IMG/VR virus record: IMGVR_UViG_3300025410_000014
Length of the DNA stretch: 64,000 bases
Reading direction: 5' to 3' (one strand)
Source: an uncultured virus (IMG/VR IMGVR_UViG_3300025410_000014)
Taxonomy: Duplodnaviria; Heunggongvirae; Uroviricota; Caudoviricetes
Shown piece by piece: positions 1 to 8,846 of this stretch. A program made the position numbers and the translations under genes. The notes beneath the pieces were generated by a model. The model worked only from the letters and a program-made list of their open reading frames with translations. It ran no database searches and was not told the origin of the DNA. How positions within the stretch are numbered: position 1 is the first letter of the stretch; the number at the start of each line of letters is the position of its first letter.

Positions 1-15
1 TGTGCTGATTTACTT

Positions 16-387
16 ATGGGATTACATGAGGCGCAAAGTAACAATGACAACCATAACTATTACCACTTTGCTTCAAACGCCATCAAGGAATTAAGAGGCA
101 AGACTATTACCATTAAAACTAAACAATATAAACCACAACGCACATGGGTAGGACTAACTGAACTAGACTGCGTAGGTTGGTTTGGCTATGACACGGGAGT
201 TGGCGCTTGGTTTGAAACAAACAAAGGTGATGATGACTCTATTCCGTTATACAAAGAACCACCACAGCGTGAATGGGTAGGACTGACTGATGAAGAGATA
301 CAAGAATGTCTGCAAGGTTTGCCAACACAGACCATCGATGTGTATGCAAGACGCATTGAAATTAAGATTAAGGAGAAGAACACATGA
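16..387 (+). CDS. Small phage protein, WVGLT-module family (two modules; may start upstream of window)
   Basis: ORF contains PQRTWVGLT and PQREWVGLTDEE, ends IEIKIKEKNT; stop overlaps next start (ATGA). Confidence 0.75.
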   Translation: MGLHEAQSNNDNHNYYHFASNAIKELRGKTITIKTKQYKPQRTWVGLTELDCVGWFGYDTGVGAWFETNKGDDDSIPLYKEPPQREWVGLTDEEIQECLQGLPTQTIDVYARRIEIKIKEKNT

Positions 388-767
388 CTGACGAAGAAAT
401 ACACAACATTTATTTGCACATGAGTGGCAAAGCGGAAGGGTTAGTTGAAGCGACTGGCACGGCTGACTTTCCTGTATTGTTTGCTAGAGCAATACTTGAG
501 TACGAAGGACTGACAAAAGATATGCAAAACATGGCATCTAAATCTACTTATAAAGAACAACTAGAAACAAAAAATGAACCTGTGGCGTGGGAACAGTTCC
601 ATGAACACATGGCGGGGCCAAATTATGTTGCACCACAACGCACATGGGTAGGACTGACAGAAGAAGATTTAAAACTACTATCTGCTGAATGGCGAATTGT
701 TTATGGCGCATGGATGGATGACTTTGCCAAAGACATTGAAGCCAAGCTGAAGGAGCGTAACACATGA
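384..767 (+). CDS. Small phage protein, WVGLT-module family
   Basis: AAGGAG RBS; EPVAW, PQRTWVGLTEED and IEAKLKERNT modules. Confidence 0.8.
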   Translation: MTDEEIHNIYLHMSGKAEGLVEATGTADFPVLFARAILEYEGLTKDMQNMASKSTYKEQLETKNEPVAWEQFHEHMAGPNYVAPQRTWVGLTEEDLKLLSAEWRIVYGAWMDDFAKDIEAKLKERNT

Positions 768-1093
768 CTAAAGAAGCATTACAAATTGCATTAAATGCGT
801 TGACTGATTTTGATTACGACAAACGCATCAAGGCTATTGAAATTATTAAAGAAGCACTAGAAACAAAAGATGAGCCTGTGGCGTGGATGAACAGACACGG
901 TGCTTGTAAGACTTCTTTGTTTAGGGAGATGGAAGCTGGCGCAAAAGAAGAATACACCATTCCTCTTTACACCACAACACAACGCACATGGGTAGGACTG
1001 ACGGATGACGATGAAATTCCTTGGGATGGGGTCGATGCCAAGTCTTTTGCCAGAGCCATTGAAGCCAAGCTGAAGGATAAGAACAATGGATGA
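764..1093 (+). CDS. Small phage protein, WVGLT-module family
   Basis: AAGGAG RBS, ATGA overlap; EPVAW, QRTWVGLTDDD, FARAIEAKLKDKN. Confidence 0.8.
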   Translation: MTKEALQIALNALTDFDYDKRIKAIEIIKEALETKDEPVAWMNRHGACKTSLFREMEAGAKEEYTIPLYTTTQRTWVGLTDDDEIPWDGVDAKSFARAIEAKLKDKNNG

Positions 1094-1397
1094 AAATACA
1101 CGCCCTTGGTACACCATTGATGAACTAAATGCGTGGGCTGATAATTACCAAAATGAGCAGTGGCATAAAGCCGCAATCAGGCTTGGAGAAGAATTAGCAT
1201 CTGTTGGGCCTGTTGGCTATTACGAAATGGACGCAAAAGAATGGCTTGATTGGGCTATGTCAACCGTACAAACTCGCACATGGGTAGGACTGACGGATGA
1301 TGAATTTAATGAACTTTACGATAAATATGTTCCAGAATCTTGCTACGCATTGTTAATTGAAAAAGTAGAAGCCAAGCTGAAGGAGCGCAACACATGA
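1086..1397 (+). CDS. Small phage protein, WVGLT-module family
   Basis: AAGGA RBS; RTWVGLTDDE and VEAKLKERNT modules. Confidence 0.8.
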   Translation: MDENTRPWYTIDELNAWADNYQNEQWHKAAIRLGEELASVGPVGYYEMDAKEWLDWAMSTVQTRTWVGLTDDEFNELYDKYVPESCYALLIEKVEAKLKERNT

Positions 1398-1579
1398 AGA
1401 AACCTGAAGACGATGGTTATGAATACAAAATATATGACATGGCAAGATTTTATGTACCCGAAGGTTTGTATTCAATTGAAGATATTGAAAAAATGCTTGT
1501 TCACATGAAAAAAACAAAACAAAAAACAGAAGCATACCTTGCAAAAACATTAGAGCCAATTAAGGAGAAGAAAACATGA
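1394..1579 (+). CDS. Hypothetical protein
   Basis: AAGGAG RBS, ATGA overlaps at both ends; ends IKEKKT like its neighbours. Confidence 0.7.
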   Translation: MKKPEDDGYEYKIYDMARFYVPEGLYSIEDIEKMLVHMKKTKQKTEAYLAKTLEPIKEKKT

Positions 1580-1749
1580 TTAGAAAAGACATACAAAAAG
1601 CATGGAACATGATGTCTATGCATAACAGTGAATTGTTGTTGGAGAACTATGAGCTGAAGGAGCGCATCAATAAATTAGAAGCACAACTATTTAAAAGAAC
1701 ATTTTGGGGGTACATCAAATGTTTGTGGGTTAATAGGAGGGTGTTATGA
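1576..1749 (+). CDS. Hypothetical protein (57 aa, not in ORF track)
   Basis: Translated by hand MIRKDIQKAW...VNRRVL; AAGGAG RBS; ATGA overlaps at both ends. Confidence 0.65.
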   Translation: MIRKDIQKAWNMMSMHNSELLLENYELKERINKLEAQLFKRTFWGYIKCLWVNRRVL

Positions 1750-1958
1750 CTGAAGAAGATGAAGAGTTTGATCGTATACAAAAACGCATTGATCGGTACA
1801 AAGAAAATCCACGATGGAGAGACCACAGTATTTGGGTAGGATTAACGCCTGATGAATTGAATGAAATTTTTGATTCGTTTAAGACATGGAACAGTTTTCA
1901 AATAACAGATGTTTATTTTGCAATTGAAACTAAATTAAAGGATAAAAATGGATACTGA
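1746..1958 (+). CDS. Small phage protein, WVGLT-module family
   Basis: AGGAGG RBS; IWVGLTPDE and AIETKLKDKNG. Confidence 0.75.
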   Translation: MTEEDEEFDRIQKRIDRYKENPRWRDHSIWVGLTPDELNEIFDSFKTWNSFQITDVYFAIETKLKDKNGY

Positions 1959-2187
1959 AGAAATTATTGAGTTGGCTAAACAAGCGGGGTTTTTTATTAA
2001 CGATGAACTGACAATTACATCTCCATTTATTGAAGATATTTGTATTTCGCCGATGCTTAAAGAGTTTGCCAAGTTGGTAGCGCAAAAAGAACGCGAAATC
2101 TGCGCTGACTTTGTAGCGGGCTGGACGGGCCCTGATGGTAAGCATGGCTGTGCTAGAGCATTACGAGGTCGGTCTGATGGAGAATGA
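1948..2187 (+). CDS. Hypothetical phage protein
   Basis: AAGGA RBS; EEIIELAKQAG...FAKLVAQKEREIC pattern typical of small phage early proteins. Confidence 0.7.
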   Translation: MDTEEIIELAKQAGFFINDELTITSPFIEDICISPMLKEFAKLVAQKEREICADFVAGWTGPDGKHGCARALRGRSDGE

Positions 2188-2347
2188 TTTCCCATTGAAC
2201 CTACGCGATTACTTTGCATCAGCGGCAATGCAGGGCATGTTGGCTAACCCAAATTTAGAAAACACATCTGCTTTTGACATAGCAGACTGGGCGTACTACC
2301 AAGCAGACGCAATGATTGAAGCAAGGAAAGCAAATGAGGTGTCCTGA
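2177..2347 (+). CDS. Conserved small phage protein (LRDYFA..AMQG family)
   Basis: LRDYFASAAMQGMLA...AYYQADAMIEAR; start moved to MENDF after GAGG. Confidence 0.7.
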   Translation: MENDFPLNLRDYFASAAMQGMLANPNLENTSAFDIADWAYYQADAMIEARKANEVS

Positions 2348-2570
2348 ATGCGCAGTATGGACAATAGTAGTATCGACAAGACAGACTGCTAAAAGCTATA
2401 CTAGACGGCGAGAATGTGCAAATGGGCACAGATTCACAACCCATGAAACGGTAATTAAAAAGGAGAAACAAAATGCCTTACGTCAACACGCCGAGACCAT
2501 ACAAGAAAGAGTATCAGGAACAGAAAGCAAGGGGCGAGGAGAAACGCAGAGCGGAACGCCAAAGAGCTAG
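2334..2570 (+). CDS. Zinc-ribbon protein (NrdR N-terminal/Ogr-like), possible transcription regulator
   Basis: MRCPEC...RRRECANGHRFTTHE; AAGGA RBS. Confidence 0.65.
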   Translation: MRCPECAVWTIVVSTRQTAKSYTRRRECANGHRFTTHETVIKKEKQNALRQHAETIQERVSGTESKGRGETQSGTPKS

Positions 2571-2817
2571 ACGCGCTATCGACAAAATGTATCCCGATAG
2601 GGACAAAAACGGAGAAGCCGATATTCGCCAGGGCAAAGACGTTGCCCATGTTAAAGCATTAGATAAAGGTGGCTCGAACAAAGCGGGCGTCTTTATTGAA
2701 AGCGCACATGGCAACAGATCATTCAAGCGCGACTCTAAGAGAAACCTTGTCTCTGAGACTACCAAGTCCGAGAAAGGCGAAAAGAAACTAAGCAAAGTAA
2801 TAAAGTTAAAAAAATGA
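2473..2817 (+). CDS. HNH-like basic protein
   Basis: AAGGAG RBS; GKDVAHVKALDKGGSN...HGNRS resembles a degenerate HNH motif. Confidence 0.6.
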   Translation: MPYVNTPRPYKKEYQEQKARGEEKRRAERQRARRAIDKMYPDRDKNGEADIRQGKDVAHVKALDKGGSNKAGVFIESAHGNRSFKRDSKRNLVSETTKSEKGEKKLSKVIKLKK

Positions 2818-4193
2818 TATTGCAAAATTACAAGTGGCCTAGACCGATGGGGTTTACGCCATTTGAACATCAAAAAGTAACTGCGGATTTCTTGGCTAAC
2901 AACACCCGTGCGTTTTGTTTTAACGAGCAAGGCACTGGCAAGACTGCTTCTGTAATTTGGGCCGCTGACTATCTAATGTCAGCAAAGATCATTAAGCGTG
3001 TGCTTGTGATTTGCCCTTTGTCCATCATGCAATCCGCATGGCAAAACGATTTGTTCAAGTTTGCTGTACACCGCACTGTTGATGTAGCGTATGGTAGCGT
3101 GGATAAGCGAAACAAAATAGTTAATGGGTCGGCTGAATTTGTAATCATTAACTATGACGGCATACCATCTATTGCTGAGTCTGCATTAGATAAGTTTGAT
3201 TTGATTGTGATTGACGAAGCCAACGCATACAAGAATGTGCAGACCAAAAGGTGGAAGACCATGCGTAAGCTAGTCACTCCTAATACTTGGGTTTGGATGC
3301 TAACTGGAACGCCAGCGGCTCAGTCGCCTGTGGATGCGTATGGCTTGGCTAAATTGTGTGTGCCCAATAGCGCGCCTAGATTCTTTGGCGATTACCGCGA
3401 GTCAGTAATGCAAAAGATCAGCATGTACAAGTGGATACCACGGCCTGATTCAAACGCCACAGTATTTAATTTACTTCAGCCCGCGATTAGATTTGAGAAG
3501 TCTCAGTGTCTTGACCTGCCTGATAAAATGTACATCAGTAGACATGCACCACTAACAAGCCAACAGGAAAGATACTATAAAGAGTTGAAAACAAAACTTC
3601 TAATGGAAGCGGCGGGCGAGGAGATTAGTTCTATAAACGCGGCGTCCAAGATGAGCAAACTATTGCAAATATCTTGTGGTTCTGTATATTCAGATAGTGG
3701 TGCGGTGATTGACTTTGATGTATCAACACGACTCAACGCTATCGAGGAAGTTATCAATGAGGCGAGCCATAAGGTTCTAATCTTTGTGCCGTTTAGGCAT
3801 ACGATAGAACTACTCAGCGCTCACTTGAAGAAGGCGGGCATAGAGATCGATGAGATACACGGCGACGTACCAGTGCGCAAGCGCACAGAAATTTTTAAAC
3901 AATTCCAAGAAGGGACTAGACTCAAAGCACTTGTAATCCAACCCCAAGCGGCGGCGCACGGTGTTACCCTAACTGCCGCTGACACTATCATATGGTATGC
4001 TCCTGTGACGTCATGCGAAACGTACTTGCAAGCAAATGCACGCATCGATAGGCCAGGCCAAAAGAACGCCATGACTATTGTGCATATCGAAGGTAGCCCA
4101 ATAGAGCGTAAGCTCTACGCTATGCTCCAGAACAATATCAACAATCACGAAAAGATTGTTGAGTTGTACAAAAAAGAACTCGAAGACACTTGA
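2814..4193 (+). CDS. SNF2-family (SF2) DNA helicase
   Basis: Motif I NEQGTGKT, Ia VICPLS, II IVIDEAN, III LTGTP, VI QANARIDRPGQ. Confidence 0.9.
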   Translation: MILQNYKWPRPMGFTPFEHQKVTADFLANNTRAFCFNEQGTGKTASVIWAADYLMSAKIIKRVLVICPLSIMQSAWQNDLFKFAVHRTVDVAYGSVDKRNKIVNGSAEFVIINYDGIPSIAESALDKFDLIVIDEANAYKNVQTKRWKTMRKLVTPNTWVWMLTGTPAAQSPVDAYGLAKLCVPNSAPRFFGDYRESVMQKISMYKWIPRPDSNATVFNLLQPAIRFEKSQCLDLPDKMYISRHAPLTSQQERYYKELKTKLLMEAAGEEISSINAASKMSKLLQISCGSVYSDSGAVIDFDVSTRLNAIEEVINEASHKVLIFVPFRHTIELLSAHLKKAGIEIDEIHGDVPVRKRTEIFKQFQEGTRLKALVIQPQAAAHGVTLTAADTIIWYAPVTSCETYLQANARIDRPGQKNAMTIVHIEGSPIERKLYAMLQNNINNHEKIVELYKKELEDT

Positions 4194-4217
4194 CAAAGTC
4201 TAAAGAGTTCCTACAAT
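4190..4217 (+). promoter_or_regulatory. Sigma70-type promoter
   Basis: TTGACA (4190-4195), 16 nt, TACAAT (4212-4217), upstream of AAGGA RBS and ORF 4243. Confidence 0.6.
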
Positions 4218-4242
4218 AATCTTTCACTTCAAAGGAAATAAT

Positions 4243-4644
4243 ATGGATGAACAATCTGTAGAAGAACTGTCCACTGAATATCTCAAGATACGCAAAGAGC
4301 GTGAAGAGATTAAACAGTACTACGATCATATGGACAAACTGCTCGTCGATAAGATGGCAGACGTAGAAACTAAATTGTTGGATATTTTGAATGCGCAAAA
4401 CGCAAGCAGTATATCTACAAAGACTGCAACAGTAGTGCGTCGCATTACAAGCAGATACAACCCATCAAACTGGGATGCTGTATATGACATGATATACAAG
4501 TACAAAGCGTTTGGGTTGCTTCACAAAAGAGTGCATGACACAAACATGAAGCAGTTTTTAGAAGAAAACCCCGACGTGTATCCCGAGGGTTTAAATGTTG
4601 ACAGTCGGTACACAGTAGTAGTTAAACGTAAATCACAGGAGTAA
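4243..4644 (+). CDS. Conserved phage replication-region protein (coiled-coil N-terminus)
   Basis: Clean ORF with RBS; position between helicase and putative SSB. Confidence 0.75.
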   Translation: MDEQSVEELSTEYLKIRKEREEIKQYYDHMDKLLVDKMADVETKLLDILNAQNASSISTKTATVVRRITSRYNPSNWDAVYDMIYKYKAFGLLHKRVHDTNMKQFLEENPDVYPEGLNVDSRYTVVVKRKSQE

Positions 4645-4646
4645 TC

Positions 4647-5513
4647 ATGGGTAACATCACCACATTCAAAGACAATCTTCCCGCCCACTTACAAAACGTA
4701 AAGTTGGATGACTTCACCAAAGCATTCACTTCAAGCGGTGGCTCAAGCAAGCGCATCTCGTTGCGTGGCCGTGTATTCCGTCTTGTTGACGGCGGTAAAG
4801 AGATTGCAAAAAATACTGACCCGCATTTAGATGTAGTAATTGTCAACGGCAGTAAATCTGTACAGAAGAAATATTTTGCAACAGACTACAATCCTGATGA
4901 GGCCGCACAACCCGATTGCTGGTCTAGCAATGGCGAGCGCCCCGACGCAGAAGTGGCTGACCCACAGGCTGACCACTGCAAAGAATGCAAGCGCGCTATC
5001 AAAGGCTCTGCGAGCGGTGGCAAAACACAATGTAAGTTTTCATGGAATCTTGCATTAGTTTTGAAGAACAACATGGCGGGCGACATTTACCAATTGGTTG
5101 TGCCATCCAAGTCTTTGTTCGGCACGGGCGACGTTGACCATATGCCCTTTATTCAATACGCTAAGTATGTTGCGCAGTCAGGCTACAACTTGAACATGCT
5201 CACAACACGTTTGACGTTTGATACGGATTCTGATTATCCCAAACTTACATTCAGCAATGTAGCGTTTCTTGATAGCGACGACTACGATATCTCTGTTAAG
5301 CAAGGCGAGTCGCAGATTGCCGTCAACGCAAGTAAGCTAAGTTTCAGCGGTAAGAAACCTGAACCCACATTGCCTAAGATGGTGGCTCCAGCGGGCTCGG
5401 CCGCAGCGGCTTTAACAGCTCCTACTAAGAGAGCAGAGACAAAGAAGGCAGACGCGCCAAAGCCTAAGACTGGTCTGGCTACTATGGTTGACGACTGGGG
5501 AGATGATGCGTAA
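4647..5513 (+). CDS. Putative single-stranded DNA-binding/recombination protein
   Basis: AGGAG RBS; CWS...CxxC...C cluster; flexible P/A/K-rich tail with acidic end VDDWGDDA; replication module position. Confidence 0.5.
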   Translation: MGNITTFKDNLPAHLQNVKLDDFTKAFTSSGGSSKRISLRGRVFRLVDGGKEIAKNTDPHLDVVIVNGSKSVQKKYFATDYNPDEAAQPDCWSSNGERPDAEVADPQADHCKECKRAIKGSASGGKTQCKFSWNLALVLKNNMAGDIYQLVVPSKSLFGTGDVDHMPFIQYAKYVAQSGYNLNMLTTRLTFDTDSDYPKLTFSNVAFLDSDDYDISVKQGESQIAVNASKLSFSGKKPEPTLPKMVAPAGSAAAALTAPTKRAETKKADAPKPKTGLATMVDDWGDDA

Positions 5514-5740
5514 TGATTGGTTACTCACAGCAAACTGTTCGTTTGAATAGAGATGCTGATGGGAAATCGCTGGGAGTAAAGCTCGGGCGAGTTTGCATCG
5601 CCCGAGACATCCCAGTCTCTGATGTCATGGAATTTTTTAGCGTCTCAAAACAAACTGTTTACAATTGGTTTTGTGGCGTCCATGTCCCAGGAAAAACCCA
5701 TGCGGCTAGTATTCAAGATTTTTTAAACCGCGTCAGATAA
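5513..5740 (+). CDS. HTH DNA-binding protein (Cro/Xre-like)
   Basis: VSDVMEFFSVSKQTVYNWFCG helix-turn-helix pattern. Confidence 0.7.
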   Translation: MIGYSQQTVRLNRDADGKSLGVKLGRVCIARDIPVSDVMEFFSVSKQTVYNWFCGVHVPGKTHAASIQDFLNRVR

Positions 5741-5755
5741 CCGTGAGAGTTTCCT

Positions 5756-8578
5756 ATGGCAGACACCAAACTACTTGAAAATGTAGTTCCGCAGGGTCTG
5801 GGTTGGTATGTTGTTCTTGGATTAGCAAAAGACAAAAAGTCAATCCAAACTTTTCATAAGACCCTTGAAGAGGTTGAAGCACAAGCCGAGGATTTAGTTT
5901 CACGGTCATACAACGCTTTCTTTGGTTGCGGTAAATATAAAACAAGTGATAACAGAGAAGCCACAAATTGTGGTTGGATGCAGTCATTCTTCTTAGATAT
6001 TGACTGCGGGCAAGACAAGGCTATGCCTGACAAGACGGGCAGGATCAAAGGCTACATAGACCAGCAGACTGGAATGCAAGCCATCAAAGAACTGTGCAAG
6101 ATACTCAAGCTACCTAGACCAACTGTGGTTGACTCGGGGCGTGGGTGGCATATCTATTGGCCTTTGACTGAGCCTGTTGAGATTAGCAAGTGGCTTCCTG
6201 TTGCACATACATTCAAAGCCCGTTGCATAGAATCCAAGATCATTATTGATCCTGATGTACCCGCCGATGCCGCGCGGGTGTTGCGTATTCCAAGTACCAA
6301 GAACTTCAAGGACGATCCTCCTAATGATGTTGTCTTGATGTACGAAGCTAAGCCTATGCGGTTTGAGGACTTTGCGGGCTTGATGGGGCCGCTTGTTCCT
6401 ATTAAACCAGCGCACGTTCCCAAGCAGTTGGATGAACTAACCAAGGCGGTGATCGGTAACAAGCAATCTAGGTTTAGGCTTATCTTTGATAAAACACTTG
6501 AAGGCACGGGATGTGAGCAGTTGCGTTACATCATGGAGCACCAAGATCAGATTGAGGAGCCGTTATGGCGTGCGGGTCTCTCCATTGCAAAGCATTGTGT
6601 GGATGGTGATAAGGCTATCCATATCATCTCCAATAAGCATCCACAGTACAGCAAGAGCGAGACTGAGCGCAAGGCGCATTTGATTAAAGGCCCGTACACC
6701 TGCGAGACTTTCAACGACTTCAGACCCAATGTTTGTACTGTATGCCCGCACTGGCAGACTATCAAGTCTCCTATTGTGATTGGACACGAGATTGCTAAGT
6801 CCGAAGAGAATGTGGTAATAGGTAATGGTGAGGTTGAATTTGTCGCGCCGACGTTGCCCAATGGATATTTCCGAGGGCGCAACGGCGGTATTTATTTCAC
6901 GGCAAAAAAGAAGAAAGCCGACGACGCAGACAAAGAAGAAGATGTGGTTGTGTGCGTGTACAAGTACGACTTGTTCGTAACTAAAAGATTAAACGATCCC
7001 ATACACGGCGAAACTATTTTGATCAGACGCACGTTGCCACGCGACGGGCATAAAGAATTTCCGATAACAATTGTTGATACGTTAAGCAAAGATGAGTTTA
7101 AAAAAGTCATGGCGTTTAACGGCATCATTGAGTTGCCCGATAAGATGCAACACATTCTCGGGTATATCGTGGCTTGCGCCAAAGAACTACAAATAATCCA
7201 AGAGGTTGAAACTATGCGACTACAGTTTGGTTGGACAGATGACGACGATAAATTTATTTTGGGAACTAGAGAGATTGGCCCGAGCTATGTACGCTACAGC
7301 CCTCCTTCTAAAGCAACAGGTGAGATTGCCAACGCGCTACGGCCAGTTGGCGATCTAGATACATGGAAGAATATTGTTAACGTCTATGACCTGCCTGGGT
7401 TTGAACCGCATGCGTTTGCGTTATTCAGTGCATTCGGCGCGCCTTTGATTAAATTCATGGGCATCAAGGGTGGCATCATCAACTTGATTAACAACAAATC
7501 AGGTACGGGTAAGTCAACCATTTTGCAGGTGATGAATAGCGTATGGGGCCATCCTGATGAGCTTATGCTATCGTGGAGAGACACGATGAATGTGAAGATG
7601 CACCGCCTAGCAGTCATGTGTAACCTACCTATTGGCGTAGATGAGATCACTAAGATGAGTGGGGATGAGTTTTCTGATATGGCGTACAGCGCAACGCAGG
7701 GCGCACCTAGGCGCAGGATGAAAGCAAATGCAAATGAAGAACGATTAGCCGAAGGCTTTTGGGCTACGCTCATGGTTTGCACTTCTAACTCCAGCATGAT
7801 TGATAAGCTACAGGCATTAAAGAGCACCTCAGAGGGTGAACTAATGAGGCTGATGCAGTACAAGATTGAGCCTACAAACAACCTTGACAAGCGCGAAGCC
7901 AAGAGATTGTTTGGTAAACTGCAGAGTAACTATGGCCTTGCAGGTCAGCCGTACGCCCAATACTTGGTGCAGAATTTAGAAGAAGTTATAGACACGGCTA
8001 TGAACATCCAAGCAAAGTTTGATAGTAGAGCAAACGTAGAAACCCGAGAACGGTTTTGGTCTGCTATTACTGCCAGCAATATTGCGGGTGCCATGGTTGC
8101 TAAGAAGCTAGGGCTTCACGACATAAATACCAAGCGTGTATTTGACTGGGCGGTATCACAGGTGGGGGATATGCAGGTGGAAACCCAATTGTCGATGGAT
8201 GATTACGCGGGCGTAATCGGCGAATTTATGTTGAGATATAACGCTAATATTTTAGTTATCAACCATAATAGTACATCCAGAGCGGGCATCGCGGCCGCGC
8301 CTATCTCGAACCCCAAGGGTGCGATTATGATACGCTATGAGCCAGACACTCAGCGTCTCCTGATTCTAAGAAATCCCCTGCGTGAGTTTTGTGTGGAACG
8401 CCAAGTTACATTCACCGACTTGCTCGCCGCGCTTAACAAAGAAGGCTCGTTCATTGGCGTCAACCGCGCCCGTATGGAGGTTGGAACGGACATGAAAGCG
8501 CCGCCCGTAGAAGTGTTGGAGTTTGATTCCAACAAACTTGGAATAGCCCCTGATGTTGCTGTGACCAATGAGGATTGA
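5756..8578 (+). CDS. Primase-helicase (AEP/RepB-like primase N-terminus, DUF927-type helicase C-terminus)
   Basis: FFLDIDCG and VVDSGRGWHIYW primase motifs; GPYTC..CxxCPH zinc site; Walker A KSGTGKST, Walker B GVDE. Confidence 0.85.
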   Translation: MADTKLLENVVPQGLGWYVVLGLAKDKKSIQTFHKTLEEVEAQAEDLVSRSYNAFFGCGKYKTSDNREATNCGWMQSFFLDIDCGQDKAMPDKTGRIKGYIDQQTGMQAIKELCKILKLPRPTVVDSGRGWHIYWPLTEPVEISKWLPVAHTFKARCIESKIIIDPDVPADAARVLRIPSTKNFKDDPPNDVVLMYEAKPMRFEDFAGLMGPLVPIKPAHVPKQLDELTKAVIGNKQSRFRLIFDKTLEGTGCEQLRYIMEHQDQIEEPLWRAGLSIAKHCVDGDKAIHIISNKHPQYSKSETERKAHLIKGPYTCETFNDFRPNVCTVCPHWQTIKSPIVIGHEIAKSEENVVIGNGEVEFVAPTLPNGYFRGRNGGIYFTAKKKKADDADKEEDVVVCVYKYDLFVTKRLNDPIHGETILIRRTLPRDGHKEFPITIVDTLSKDEFKKVMAFNGIIELPDKMQHILGYIVACAKELQIIQEVETMRLQFGWTDDDDKFILGTREIGPSYVRYSPPSKATGEIANALRPVGDLDTWKNIVNVYDLPGFEPHAFALFSAFGAPLIKFMGIKGGIINLINNKSGTGKSTILQVMNSVWGHPDELMLSWRDTMNVKMHRLAVMCNLPIGVDEITKMSGDEFSDMAYSATQGAPRRRMKANANEERLAEGFWATLMVCTSNSSMIDKLQALKSTSEGELMRLMQYKIEPTNNLDKREAKRLFGKLQSNYGLAGQPYAQYLVQNLEEVIDTAMNIQAKFDSRANVETRERFWSAITASNIAGAMVAKKLGLHDINTKRVFDWAVSQVGDMQVETQLSMDDYAGVIGEFMLRYNANILVINHNSTSRAGIAAAPISNPKGAIMIRYEPDTQRLLILRNPLREFCVERQVTFTDLLAALNKEGSFIGVNRARMEVGTDMKAPPVEVLEFDSNKLGIAPDVAVTNED

Positions 8579-8807
8579 CGGAATAGATTACGATTTAAAC
8601 TGGCAAGAATTTACAATAGGTAGTTCTTTTTTCGTACCTTGCCTTGCCGTTACCCATGGCAAAAGGGATATTGTGCGTAAGATGAAGCGGCTTAGATATG
8701 CCGTTATTGTAAAAATTGTTATAGAAGATGGAATAAAAGGCTTGCGCGTTTGGCGGATTCCTCGTAAACTGTCTATGCAACCGCAGTTGCTTTTTCCTTT
8801 GGATTGA
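8568..8807 (+). CDS. Conserved small phage protein
   Basis: IGSSFFVPC...GLRVWR pattern; last gene of + arm before terminator. Confidence 0.65.
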   Translation: MRIDGIDYDLNWQEFTIGSSFFVPCLAVTHGKRDIVRKMKRLRYAVIVKIVIEDGIKGLRVWRIPRKLSMQPQLLFPLD

Positions 8808-8814
8808 GGTATTT

Positions 8815-8846
8815 ACCCCGCTAAGTAATATTAGCGGGGTTTTTTT
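8815..8846 (+). terminator. Intrinsic terminator at the convergence of the two arms
   Basis: Perfect 10-bp stem ACCCCGCTAA/TTAGCGGGGT followed by T run. Confidence 0.85.

Noticed and set aside
133..1841. WVGLT repeats as a CRISPR array
   Set aside because: Spacing is irregular (about 130-550 nt), the repeats are in frame within ORFs, and no cas genes are present.
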